NCBI GenBank assembly: GCA_037441675.1
Contig: JBBIRS010000002.1
Location: forward strand, 295,249-359,248
Source of the DNA: Planctomycetales bacterium
Lineage (GTDB): Bacteria; 4484-113
Reading direction: 5' to 3'
Length of the DNA stretch: 64,000 bases
Positions within the stretch are counted from its first letter, which is position 1, and each line of letters begins with the position of its first letter. Made by a program: the position numbers and the translations under genes. Under the pieces are notes generated by a model. The model was not told where the DNA came from. It searched no databases and saw nothing but the letters and a program-made list of their open reading frames with translations. Positions 40,386 to 49,927 of this stretch are shown piece after piece.

Positions 40386-41365
40386 TTGATACCGATGAAT
40401 CGGTCTAGCTCCTTATGAACTAGCGAATCTGCAGATGAATTCCTACCTCTTCCAATTAAGCGAATAGCGACATTAGTAAATGAACTTGCAATATTTAGAG
40501 TCTTTTCATGCAATATTTTAAGCTTCTCACCTTTTACTTTATATTGACCTGTTAGCTGGCTAAATACAAGCTTGGAATCAGTATTGACAATTGCCGTTAC
40601 ATTGCTATCAAAACTCTCTTTCAAATATTGAAGCGCAGCGTAAACCGCCTCATATTCTGCTTCGTTATTAGTTCTTTGTCCTAAGAATTTGACGCGACTG
40701 GCAATTTCATTACCTTCAGCAGAATAAACCACAAAACCACAAGCGGACGGTCCCGGGTTTCCCTTACTGGCACCGTCGACAAATATATTGATGAAACCCA
40801 CTTCACCGGGGTAATCCGCGATTTTCAATGGTTTGAGTTCTCTCTTGGTTACCGAGGATATTTCTTTTCTCATTGTTTTTCGCTCAACCTTCTCGCCTAG
40901 CACTATCGCATAAGCTGCAATCGCTTCCCCTCTTCCAATCTCTCCTAAGCCTTCAAAACTGCGCGCCTTAACGGTTACTTTATCAGCCTCAATATTCAAT
41001 AGTCTTGAAAGGGAGTTTCTTATTTTCTCATAAAAGGGCTGTAATTTAGGAACCTCGGCAAGAATTGTTACATCAACTTGATGGATAGTAAGATGATTTA
41101 TTTCTTCTAAACTCATTACAGTTCTCATCAATTTTTCACTAGGTGTTCTATCCTCAAGAAGCTTTTCTGGTGGAAAGAGGGTTCCGATGTCGGAAAAGCC
41201 AATCAGGGCAAGAAGTGAATCAATGACAGCATGAAGAATTACGTCTCCATCAGTATTTGATATCAAACCAAACTCGCATGGAATGTAACAACCACCAAGC
41301 ATCAGCGGAATGTTCTTCTTTGTCCGATGAATATCAAAACCCAAACCTATACGAAAACGAGACAT
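40382..41365 (-). CDS. ispF: Fusion of 2C-methyl-D-erythritol 2,4-cyclodiphosphate synthase (IspF) and RNase HI-like domain
   Basis: N-terminal RIGLGFDIH, DGDVILHAVIDSLL, DIGTLFP, GRGEAIAA; C-terminal FVDGASKGNPGPS, TNNEAEY, NTDSKLV, NSSADSL; single continuous ORF. Confidence 0.92.
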   Translation of the reverse strand: MSRFRIGLGFDIHRTKKNIPLMLGGCYIPCEFGLISNTDGDVILHAVIDSLLALIGFSDIGTLFPPEKLLEDRTPSEKLMRTVMSLEEINHLTIHQVDVTILAEVPKLQPFYEKIRNSLSRLLNIEADKVTVKARSFEGLGEIGRGEAIAAYAIVLGEKVERKTMRKEISSVTKRELKPLKIADYPGEVGFINIFVDGASKGNPGPSACGFVVYSAEGNEIASRVKFLGQRTNNEAEYEAVYAALQYLKESFDSNVTAIVNTDSKLVFSQLTGQYKVKGEKLKILHEKTLNIASSFTNVAIRLIGRGRNSSADSLVHKELDRFIGIN

Positions 41366-41369
41366 AAAA

Positions 41370-42119
41370 TCAATCCTGTTTAACTCTTTTCCTGAGTAAA
41401 GTTTCAGCGATATAAATATCCTCAGGGTAAGTAATTTTAATGTTCTTTCGCTCGCCCATAACTGTTTTCAGCTTGTATCCAGCTGAAAGGAAGAGAGAAC
41501 CATCGTCAGTAAATCGCTCCGCTTTATCACCTAGAATGCGTCTTGCAGTGTTGTACTCTGACGTGAGAAATCCTTGTGGGGTTTGAACTAGTTTAACCTT
41601 GTCTCTTTTATGGTAGCCCTTAACGTTTCTTTTACTGTCAGTGAAAAGAATGGAATCGGCGCATTCAACAACAGGAATGACACCTATTCCTTCCTTCACT
41701 GCGGAGAATACCTTTCTAAACAATAAAGGTGACGCTAAGGGTCTACTCATATCATGAATAAGTACAACTTCAGAGCTGATTTTTTTCATGCCTCTAAGAA
41801 CAGACTCCATCCTTGTTGCTCCGCCTAAAACGATACTAATCTCACCTGAGAAATCTTTGAAAGAATCAGCTAAGCTTTTCAAGGCTATCCTAAAATCTTT
41901 TACAAGTTCCTCTCTAGCTACAATCACTAACTCCGACACAAATTCAAGGCTTAAGGCAGTTTTCAAATTGCGGACAAGGACGGATTCCCCGTCAAGCTCG
42001 CAAAGCAGTTTGTGGAGAGTACCCCCAAAACGCTTGCTTGCACCTCCCCCCAGAAGTATTAACCCTAAAGAGCTGGGGATCGCTGATGAATTCTTACCCC
42101 ACATCTTTTTCATTACCAC
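41370..42119 (-). CDS. ispD: 2C-methyl-D-erythritol 4-phosphate cytidylyltransferase
   Basis: GGGASKRFG, GGATRMESV, LIHDMSRP, VQTPQGF, TDD, NIKITYPED. Confidence 0.93.
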   Translation of the reverse strand: MVMKKMWGKNSSAIPSSLGLILLGGGASKRFGGTLHKLLCELDGESVLVRNLKTALSLEFVSELVIVAREELVKDFRIALKSLADSFKDFSGEISIVLGGATRMESVLRGMKKISSEVVLIHDMSRPLASPLLFRKVFSAVKEGIGVIPVVECADSILFTDSKRNVKGYHKRDKVKLVQTPQGFLTSEYNTARRILGDKAERFTDDGSLFLSAGYKLKTVMGERKNIKITYPEDIYIAETLLRKRVKQD

Positions 42120-43293
42120 CTAAGACACGCTTGACCTTGGAGAATATGAGCCTTCCAGCTATAGTCTGCATTATAGAGGTGACGTCAACTTCGCAGATGC
42201 TTCCAATATAGTCCTCGCCTGATTCAACCACAACCATAGTTCCATCCTCTAAATAGCCCACTCCCTGTCCAGACTCTTTTCCAGGTTTAACGATTGAGAC
42301 ATTCAGAGTTTCCCCCGGGATAAGCATAGGTTTTACCGCGTTAGCCAATTCATTAATGTTAAGAACAGGAACCTTTCTAATCGCAGCAACTCGGTTAAGG
42401 TTATAATCATTGGTGATAACTTCTGCTCCTAGCTCCGAGGCTATTTCGATTAAAACATCGTCAACTGACATTCTAGTTGTATCCAAATGAGAATCGTCAT
42501 AGAAATGCACCGGATTTGGAACTGATGCTTCCAAGTTCTTCAGTATCTCCAACCCGCGCCTACCTTTGTTCCTTTTAAGCTGGTCAGAAGAATCGGCAAC
42601 TAATTGTAATTCGTGAACGACTGACTTAGGAACGATTAACAAACCTGGAATAAAGCCGGTCTTGAGGATTTCCACAATTCTGCCATCTATAAGAACCGAA
42701 GTATCAAGTATTCTAGGCTTTTGCTCAATTTCATACTTTGCTAAAATACTTTCCCTTCCAGTTGGGGGGAAAAAGACTACAGTAGCCAAAAAGCCTCCCG
42801 CATACCCAAAGGTGATTAAAACTAGAGTGTGAAGTATTGACATAACGAACGGATGAGAGAAAATGCTTCCAGGCAGATTAGTCAAATAGTAGAAGAGTGG
42901 AACATTGATAATAAGAGCTGAAAGTAAGATTCCAGCAAATACCCCTTGGGCTGTGATGATGAACCTTTGCCTGGAAGTGCGTTTTGCGACTGAAGCTAAG
43001 AACGTCGTTAGCCTGATTAACAAAAAGTCTACCGCTGGAGTAAAAATGTAACCTATAAAGAAGCCTGATGCTAGGATAACATTTACATAAAAGTGAAGAA
43101 GTTTCCAGGATTGTTCCAGCTCTTCAACTTCTTGTACGCGAAACTGAGCTGGAATAAACTTTGCCAGTTCGGCTATGTTCTTTTGCAACTCGGAAAAAAG
43201 ATTAGAGTAGTTCAGGTAAATGAAGGAACTGACGATAAAACCCACAAGCCCTCCTATGAGGGTAGAAAGCACTCTTGCAACAAAACCTCTCAT
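42094..43293 (-). CDS. Membrane-anchored PIN/TRAM domain protein (YacL family)
   Basis: TM N-terminus; ILDTSVLIDGRI, ELQLVADS, GRRGL, TNDYNLN, GQGVGYLEDGTMVVVE, QTIAGRLIF. Probable ATG at 43293 (AGGA upstream). Confidence 0.92.
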   Translation of the reverse strand: MRGFVARVLSTLIGGLVGFIVSSFIYLNYSNLFSELQKNIAELAKFIPAQFRVQEVEELEQSWKLLHFYVNVILASGFFIGYIFTPAVDFLLIRLTTFLASVAKRTSRQRFIITAQGVFAGILLSALIINVPLFYYLTNLPGSIFSHPFVMSILHTLVLITFGYAGGFLATVVFFPPTGRESILAKYEIEQKPRILDTSVLIDGRIVEILKTGFIPGLLIVPKSVVHELQLVADSSDQLKRNKGRRGLEILKNLEASVPNPVHFYDDSHLDTTRMSVDDVLIEIASELGAEVITNDYNLNRVAAIRKVPVLNINELANAVKPMLIPGETLNVSIVKPGKESGQGVGYLEDGTMVVVESGEDYIGSICEVDVTSIMQTIAGRLIFSKVKRVLGGNEKDVG

Positions 43294-43369
43294 ATCCTGC
43301 GAAAAGTATAGTCTAACAGCTAAATAATTACTAGCATCAGTGTTTAGGTATAATTTGGGATGATTCAAA

Positions 43370-44368
43370 ATGAGGCATTTAAGGCGACCAAACTATCCTG
43401 GGCGAAATAAAAGCTTCAAATCTCTCTTTGCTATCGCAATAGTAGTTATGTCAATAGTTGCTTTGATAGCCCTCGTGTATCTTGGTAAAGCTGTTTCAGG
43501 ACTATTTGCAACAGCGCCTTATAAAACTGTTGTTGTCCCAAACCTTTATAATGTAGACGTTGATACCGCTAACACAATACTAGCCCAACTGAACTTGGGA
43601 TTAAGGGTAAAAGATAGCGCATTTGCTGAAAATGTTCCTGCGGGAAAAATCATATGGCAATTTCCTTCTGCGGATAGTAAAGTTAAAGAAGGGAGAATCA
43701 TTCAAGTAGTGAAAAGTTTGGGTTCGACTAATTTAATAGTTCCGAAGGTAGTAGGGTCTGATCTCAAAGAAGCACAATTGAAGATAAAACAAGCTAAATT
43801 TTCAGTGGGTGAAATCCGTAAAGTTTACAGTGAAGAATATCCAAGGGGGAATGTCATTTCACAAACCCCTGAACCGCTTAAAACTTATCCTACGCCGGTT
43901 AAGGTTGACATTGTCGTTGCGGATAATAGACCAACAGAAACTCTTTCTATGCCTAATCTCGTGGGCAAGAGTTTAACACGAGCGGAAGATGAGTTATTCA
44001 CGCTTAACTTGCAGTTGGCTAAAGTAACTTATGTAAACTCGGATTCAAGCCAAATGAGTATTGTGATAGGTCAAAAACCACCTGCTCAAGATCAAGTACG
44101 CCTGGGTTCACAGGTCTTTCTTGAGGTGGGATTAGGTGAAGAAGATACGGAGAAGCTGGGGAGTACTTTTATAGTTAAGTATCGTCACCCAGTTGCTTTA
44201 CCCGCTGGAGAACTAGTAATTGAAGTTGAAGACGCACACGGTAAGAGCCAAGTGTTGAAAGAGAATGTCCTTCCTGGCGCTTTAGTTGAACAGAGTATAA
44301 GCGCCACTGGTAAGGCTTTCTTGAGGATCTATCTGAACGGAAAACTTATAAGGGAGGAAAGAGTCTGA
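43370..44368 (+). CDS. Membrane-anchored protein with three PASTA domains (no kinase domain)
   Basis: One TM helix, then VPNLYN..., VPKVVG..., MPNLVG... repeats with G.VI.Q.P. Confidence 0.88.
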   Translation: MRHLRRPNYPGRNKSFKSLFAIAIVVMSIVALIALVYLGKAVSGLFATAPYKTVVVPNLYNVDVDTANTILAQLNLGLRVKDSAFAENVPAGKIIWQFPSADSKVKEGRIIQVVKSLGSTNLIVPKVVGSDLKEAQLKIKQAKFSVGEIRKVYSEEYPRGNVISQTPEPLKTYPTPVKVDIVVADNRPTETLSMPNLVGKSLTRAEDELFTLNLQLAKVTYVNSDSSQMSIVIGQKPPAQDQVRLGSQVFLEVGLGEEDTEKLGSTFIVKYRHPVALPAGELVIEVEDAHGKSQVLKENVLPGALVEQSISATGKAFLRIYLNGKLIREERV

Positions 44369-45027
44369 AACTATCTCCAAGTATACTTGCTGCTAACTTT
44401 GCGGACATGCCATCAGTTTTAAAGCTCATTGAGGCGGCGAAGTGCGAGTACATTCACTTTGATGTGATGGACGGACACTTTGTGCCTAACCTTACCTTTG
44501 GGCCACACTTTATTTCGCTCGTGAGAAGGATGACTGATATACCATTTGATGTACACCTGATGGTAGAACGTCCGCAGGATTATGTTGATAAAATGTTAGA
44601 AATAGGTGTTCAATTGCTCACATTCCATATTGAAACTGAATTACACTCGCCAAGGCTTATCAAGAAGTTGCAAGATGCAGGCATTTTAGCGAGCGTGTCC
44701 CTCAATCCTGCCACTCCGCTCACCAGTATAGAAGAGATACTGCCTGTCGTAGATAATGTCCTTTTAATGACAGTAGATCCAGGTTTTTATGGTCAGGAAT
44801 TACTAACAACAACTCTTCATAAGATTGAAAAGTTACGAGGTTATCGCGAAGAGCACGATCTGATGTTTACCATTCAGGTTGATGGGGGAATTGATGAATC
44901 AAATGTAATGATGCTGGAATCACTTGGTGTAGATATTGTTGTAGTGGGAAAGGGATTCTTTCAGGCTGGGGACCCAATTCAATTCGCTGCTCGTGTTCAT
45001 GGAAGCAAGAGAAGGTTCCATGCATAA
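44365..45027 (+). CDS. rpe: Ribulose-phosphate 3-epimerase (probable CTG start)
   Basis: HFDVMDGHFVPNLTFG, DVHLMV, LNPATP, MTVDPGFYGQ, QVDGGI. The conserved KLSPSILAANF lies upstream of the track ATG, from CTG 44365. Confidence 0.93.
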   Translation: MKLSPSILAANFADMPSVLKLIEAAKCEYIHFDVMDGHFVPNLTFGPHFISLVRRMTDIPFDVHLMVERPQDYVDKMLEIGVQLLTFHIETELHSPRLIKKLQDAGILASVSLNPATPLTSIEEILPVVDNVLLMTVDPGFYGQELLTTTLHKIEKLRGYREEHDLMFTIQVDGGIDESNVMMLESLGVDIVVVGKGFFQAGDPIQFAARVHGSKRRFHA

Positions 45028-45134
45028 ATGAGTTGCGGTGTGCAACATTACTTCCGCTTAACGCATGGAGATGTCCCCTTTGAAATGGGTAGATGTCCTA
45101 GATACCGAACTTAGAATAAGCATAGGAAGTAGCT

Positions 45135-45839
45135 TTACTCAAGCTCTATCCTGCGATGGAAGTAGATTAGTAAACCGGCAAGAATTAATGGAGAACCAAT
45201 AAGTAAAGCTAGCCAAAAGGCTCCACCTAGTTCCTGCCAACGGTCAAATATAGTGACGAAATAACCTGTTCCGACCAAGGCGAGAAGACCGCCGCCTAAC
45301 TTCCCAACATAAACCGAAGCAAAACATAGAACAATCACCAAGATTGAAATAACAAACTCAGGGGTGATGCCGTTGCGGGCTATGCCTACCAGAGATGCAA
45401 TTAAAAGTATAAGTCCAACAACAAAACCTAAGAATAAACCAACAGTTTTTCCACCGTAGGAAAGGCTTAAGGTTGACAAAAACTTGTAAAGCAAGGGGGC
45501 GATAAAAAGTAACAGGAAGATTACATCTGTTTCGGGAAACTCTCCCTTATTTTTGACCAGTAAATTCACAAGACGGGCAGTGATAATGAGCAACATTAGA
45601 TAAAAAGCTATGTAACTTCCCTGGTAAGCGACATATTCAATTTTGGCATCACCGTCACCCACCAATCCAGTTTCCCTAGCTATTGGAGTTAGAATGAGAG
45701 GCAGAAAAAGCAGTATGAACCAATAACCACTTACACTGAATCCAAGAATGATTGCGAGAATGGAAATTATCAACATAACCCAGTGGTAGGTCGTAAGATG
45801 CTTTAACTGGCTTGTAGCTCTTTCCCTTAATATTCCCAT
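45135..45839 (-). CDS. Hypothetical multi-pass membrane protein
   Basis: About 7-8 hydrophobic segments; SD AAGGAG. Confidence 0.75.
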   Translation of the reverse strand: MGILRERATSQLKHLTTYHWVMLIISILAIILGFSVSGYWFILLFLPLILTPIARETGLVGDGDAKIEYVAYQGSYIAFYLMLLIITARLVNLLVKNKGEFPETDVIFLLLFIAPLLYKFLSTLSLSYGGKTVGLFLGFVVGLILLIASLVGIARNGITPEFVISILVIVLCFASVYVGKLGGGLLALVGTGYFVTIFDRWQELGGAFWLALLIGSPLILAGLLIYFHRRIELE

Positions 45840-46122
45840 ATTTTTCTCCTTTATAAAAGTTTTTTACAGCGCACCTAAATGGGATATAAATAAATCCCTT
45901 ATTCCCCTTTAACAATTATGAAATCAAACGATTTAATCCTAGCTTCGCTCTTGCCCAAAGCAACCGGAAGCATTGAAAATCTCCTCTCACATGTTGGATA
46001 TGGATTGAATCTTTATCAACGGGTATGCACGAAGCCATATAACAGTAATTCGAAGAGATAAAAATAGGTTGTGTTTTTAGGCCTCCCAATAAATATTCCT
46101 TCAACACCACATATATATTTTA

Positions 46123-47172
46123 TTATATGAAAATAAATGTGAAACCGTAAAAGTGCAAATCCTGCATCAACTTTCCTCCCTTTCCAATAATCTTTCTAAG
46201 CATATCCTTTACCTCCGAATATTTTATAATGAGCCCACCAAGGGACAATCTGACGCCAAAAGAACGGTTACCATTCCAATTGCCGATACCTATTTCAAGA
46301 AAGCCCGCAGGACTAATGTTTATCGAAAAGGATTTCTCACTACGAACATCTTTGTCAAGTTTACCTGCTGAAGGATTTCCTGCACTGAAGAGAGTGCGGC
46401 TTACTTCTACTGCGCTTGAAAGCCAGCGAACCGGAAAGAGCCTTATACCCAAACGAATCTGTTTCCTCTTTGATGGTTCCGTAAAACCAGATGGATGAAT
46501 GAGTTTAACAACTTCAGTTTTGAGGCTTGAGAAAGAAGCTCTTATTGAAGGGACACCAGCAAGAATACCCCAGCATTCTGTTTGACCTTCTTTAGTCCAT
46601 CGTGAATAGAAGGGCTGTGGTTGGGAGATGGGGTAACGAGTTCCAGATTGCGAGCGCCCTAGGGAAACATAGTATCGGTAATAAAATCGCCTCAGGGAAG
46701 CGCCCAAGCTTAAGGGAAATCCTCCTAATGCATAGCTAACAAGCGTATCTGAACCCTCAAGTTTTTCCGGTGGGAAACCGAACCTTCCCTCTGGATGATT
46801 GGTGTAATCATAGCCTAGCTCATCTTTGAGTGAAAATGCGTATCCAAATCTTCCAATTGGTAGCGGAAGTATGATGCTCTCTATGTCGCTGTCTAGTTGA
46901 TCCATTTCAGGGTCATACATACTTTCCTTCGGAAAATGCCTAGCGGAGTGTGAATGGGAGAAAATTGGAAGAAACGATTTGGAAATAGAAGCAGGGTTAG
47001 CAATAAATGATCTTGGGCTTTCTGGGAGAGTGCTTTCAGTTCCAGAGGATGCCAGGTAATCTACATTCAAATAGATGAAATCCTCATACTCAGAGGCGCA
47101 AAGAGTTGTAGGTAACCCTAGGATAATAAGCGCATTTAGCAATAAGAGAGCAAACGATAACAACGTCTTCAT
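46123..47172 (-). CDS. Secreted hypothetical protein, probable outer-membrane beta-barrel
   Basis: Signal peptide, NPA motif near the N-terminus, amphipathic strands, aromatic C-terminus HFYGFTFIFI. Confidence 0.6.
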   Translation of the reverse strand: MKTLLSFALLLLNALIILGLPTTLCASEYEDFIYLNVDYLASSGTESTLPESPRSFIANPASISKSFLPIFSHSHSARHFPKESMYDPEMDQLDSDIESIILPLPIGRFGYAFSLKDELGYDYTNHPEGRFGFPPEKLEGSDTLVSYALGGFPLSLGASLRRFYYRYYVSLGRSQSGTRYPISQPQPFYSRWTKEGQTECWGILAGVPSIRASFSSLKTEVVKLIHPSGFTEPSKRKQIRLGIRLFPVRWLSSAVEVSRTLFSAGNPSAGKLDKDVRSEKSFSINISPAGFLEIGIGNWNGNRSFGVRLSLGGLIIKYSEVKDMLRKIIGKGGKLMQDLHFYGFTFIFI

Positions 47173-47190
47173 AGATTTATCGTCACGGAA

Positions 47191-47961
47191 CTACAACATT
47201 TCTTTGTAAAGTTTTACAAATGCCATAGCGTCAAGGCTTGCCCCGCCAACAAGCGCACCTTGCACTTTTCCGCTCCTTAAGTAGTCCGCGAGTATCCCTG
47301 GGCGAACGGAACCACCGTAAAGAATTGGAATTTCTGAGCTGAATGTCTCGCCAAAATGATTAGCTAACCAATCCCTAATGAAATCAGCCATTTTGTCCAC
47401 ATCATGGGGCTCTGCATTATCACCGGTTCCAATCGCCCATACTGGTTCATAAGCGATAACTAGGTTGGACGAGTTCACTTGCTCAGCGTTAAAAAGCGGT
47501 AGTGCCAATTGATCCTCTACAACCGAGTAAGAGAGCCCTTCTTTTCTTTCCTCTAGGCTTTCCCCGACACACAAAAATGCGGTGAGGCCACCTTTTATAA
47601 CAGCCTTGAACTTCTCTGCAACCAATGCGTTATCTTCACCAAATTTATGCCTTCTCTCTGAGTGTCCAATAAGAACTGCCTTTGCACCCACATCTTTAAT
47701 CTGCGTGACACTTACCTCTCCGGTAAAAGCGCCTTCCGCTACTGTGTAGCAGTCCTGCGCGCCAAAGCTAATCGCAGTCTCCTTACCCTTTAGTACTAAC
47801 GGAACAAGATGTACAAAGGTAGGAAAGATGACTGTCTCCACGGTGTTACTCTCGGGCTTCTTTAATTCCGGTAATTCTGAGAGCAAGCGGTCAATAAACT
47901 GTTCCGCTTCAGCAAGACTCTTATTCATCTTCCAGTTTGCTGCTAGTATCTTACGAAACAT
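47191..47961 (-). CDS. tpiA: Triosephosphate isomerase
   Basis: ANWKMNK, GAFTGEVS, IGHSERR, IAYEPVWAIGTG, LYGGSV, LVGGASL. Confidence 0.98.
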   Translation of the reverse strand: MFRKILAANWKMNKSLAEAEQFIDRLLSELPELKKPESNTVETVIFPTFVHLVPLVLKGKETAISFGAQDCYTVAEGAFTGEVSVTQIKDVGAKAVLIGHSERRHKFGEDNALVAEKFKAVIKGGLTAFLCVGESLEERKEGLSYSVVEDQLALPLFNAEQVNSSNLVIAYEPVWAIGTGDNAEPHDVDKMADFIRDWLANHFGETFSSEIPILYGGSVRPGILADYLRSGKVQGALVGGASLDAMAFVKLYKEML

Positions 47962-48014
47962 TTCCTTCTCTTAATCGTAAAATTTGTGGAAAATTGCATT
48001 TTGAAAAAACTGGA

Positions 48015-48437
48015 CTATTCAAAGTAATTATTAGCTGAAATGACAATTTTCGCCTCAATTAACCATCTGCTCTCACCAAGATATTTCGCAATAATTAAGT
48101 TACTGCGAATATCATTAAGAATAGCTGAACTATTTTCTTTAGGTTTCAGTTTACTAGCGTAAGATAGGTATGCATAACCTCGCTCACCAACAACGTAAAC
48201 TTGAACCACCTCAAAATTCATTGAAAGAATCTCATAGCGTTCAAATTCAGAGAGCATCTTTTCCCTAAGGGCAGATTTATCCTCTAGCCAACTAGCATCT
48301 CCTAACCTGAATGAGCAATACCAATCCGCAAATCCAGCTAGATAGCCGTGGATATCACGACGGAGGTATGCCTGGCGGATTGATTCCATATGGTTTATCA
48401 GGCTTTGCTCAAGGTCTATTTGAGATTTATTATTCAT
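48015..48437 (-). CDS. NTF2/SnoaL-like (DUF4440-type) protein
   Basis: 140 aa; helix AYLRRDIHGYLAGFA followed by beta strands ending in RWLI. Confidence 0.6.
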   Translation of the reverse strand: MNNKSQIDLEQSLINHMESIRQAYLRRDIHGYLAGFADWYCSFRLGDASWLEDKSALREKMLSEFERYEILSMNFEVVQVYVVGERGYAYLSYASKLKPKENSSAILNDIRSNLIIAKYLGESRWLIEAKIVISANNYFE

Positions 48438-48558
48438 AAATCATATAACCGCAAATAAAGGCTAACCAAGATGGTTGCCACGTTCACAAATATAGCATAG
48501 TGAAAGCGAAATGAAAGCATACTTATAAGAAAATTCATCATTTGCTAGGATTAGTGCC

Positions 48559-49344
48559 GTGGGAAAAAACGAGCGGAGATTGCTGGAAGCTTATGTGGGT
48601 GAACACGGTTCAGGGAAAAGCGAGATTGCTTTGTCGCGTGCCCTCTGGTTGGCGCGCGATGGGCTTGAGGTGGCACTTGCTGATTTAGATATTGTTGAGC
48701 CGTGTTACACACTGAATTTACCTTTAACCAGGGCTCTTCAAGCGGTCCCAGGCTTAACACTGCTCACAAACGCTTCTGAGCGCCTTTTCCCGGGAGAAAC
48801 AGGGAACATCCTTGCCCCTGCCGTTCGTTTTGCAACTAAAAAACATCAAAATGTTATTCTTGATGTGGGATACGGGGTGGACGGCTTTAAGGTCTTGCAA
48901 CTCTTGGAAGGGTATGAGGAAGAGAAGGCTGAGCTAAAGATTTACTTTGTACAGAATTTTTCCCGTCCAGCTACAGGCTCTTTGGAAAGCGCTTTAGATT
49001 ACCTGAAGACCTATGAGAAGTTAGACGGAATTGTTAGTAATACTCACTTGGGAGATAAATCTACTCTAGAATTATCAATAGAAGGAGAAGCTCTCGCACT
49101 GGAACTTGGCAAGTTATCAGACTTACCTGTGATTGCCACCGCTTTGTGGAGGGCAATTGCGGACCAAGCATTGGTCAGTCAAGAGCCAATATCCGCACCA
49201 CAAGAGGCAGAGATAAGTTTAGAGAAGGCTTTCTCGGAGATTGAAATGAACCAGGAAAATATCAGTTCAGCCTTACGCCAGAAATTCAAAACACCACTCT
49301 GGTTAATTTCACGTTTAATGCCAAGCGGTTTCTGGCTTAAGTAA
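48559..49344 (+). CDS. P-loop NTPase (MinD/CobQ-like)
   Basis: GEHGSGKSE, LADLDIVEP, VILDVG, NFSRP, GIVSNTHL. Confidence 0.78.
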   Translation: MGKNERRLLEAYVGEHGSGKSEIALSRALWLARDGLEVALADLDIVEPCYTLNLPLTRALQAVPGLTLLTNASERLFPGETGNILAPAVRFATKKHQNVILDVGYGVDGFKVLQLLEGYEEEKAELKIYFVQNFSRPATGSLESALDYLKTYEKLDGIVSNTHLGDKSTLELSIEGEALALELGKLSDLPVIATALWRAIADQALVSQEPISAPQEAEISLEKAFSEIEMNQENISSALRQKFKTPLWLISRLMPSGFWLK

Positions 49345-49442
49345 GTTTCCTAACCCTGTAGCTTTCAAGTTTATTTGGAAATTGAAAACTAGAAGGAATG
49401 GGTGTTATATAGGTAGGAAACTTTAGCAATTACCTGCTAAAA

Positions 49443-49925
49443 TTGGAACAGGTGCTAGAAGAAAAAAAGTGTGACGAAAGTGCTCAAATGGGCTTAGCTT
49501 CTGAGGTTAATAATACTTTCGGGCGGCGAAGCCACAATGCCGATTCTGAAGACATAGGGACTGAAGCGATAGCTGAGCCATCCATCCCAAGAGGCAAATT
49601 CGCCAACTCCTCTGCGAACACAGAAGAGTTAAAGGCTCTTGTGCTTGAAGAAGCGGAATACCTTGGTGTGTTATCCAAGAGAATCGAGGAACTGATAGAT
49701 TCTCAACAAAAGCTGGCGAAAAAAATTGAGCTTAACGCTAGAACCCTTGGGGTTTTACCCAGTCTAGCGCGAGGAATGGCGCTAGGCTTTGGTATCGTAA
49801 TTGGGTCAACAGTAATTGTTGGCCTTTTTGTTTATCTGCTTACCCGAGCGGAGACAATTCCCATCGTTGGGGATTTCGTCAAGAGAATTATTGATTACAT
49901 CCAACTAGAGCAGTTGTCCAAGTAA
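49443..49925 (+). CDS. DUF5665-like membrane protein
   Basis: C-terminal LARGMALGFGIVIGSTV...IPIVGDFVKRII pattern. Confidence 0.65.
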   Translation: MEQVLEEKKCDESAQMGLASEVNNTFGRRSHNADSEDIGTEAIAEPSIPRGKFANSSANTEELKALVLEEAEYLGVLSKRIEELIDSQQKLAKKIELNARTLGVLPSLARGMALGFGIVIGSTVIVGLFVYLLTRAETIPIVGDFVKRIIDYIQLEQLSK

Positions 49926-49927
49926 GA

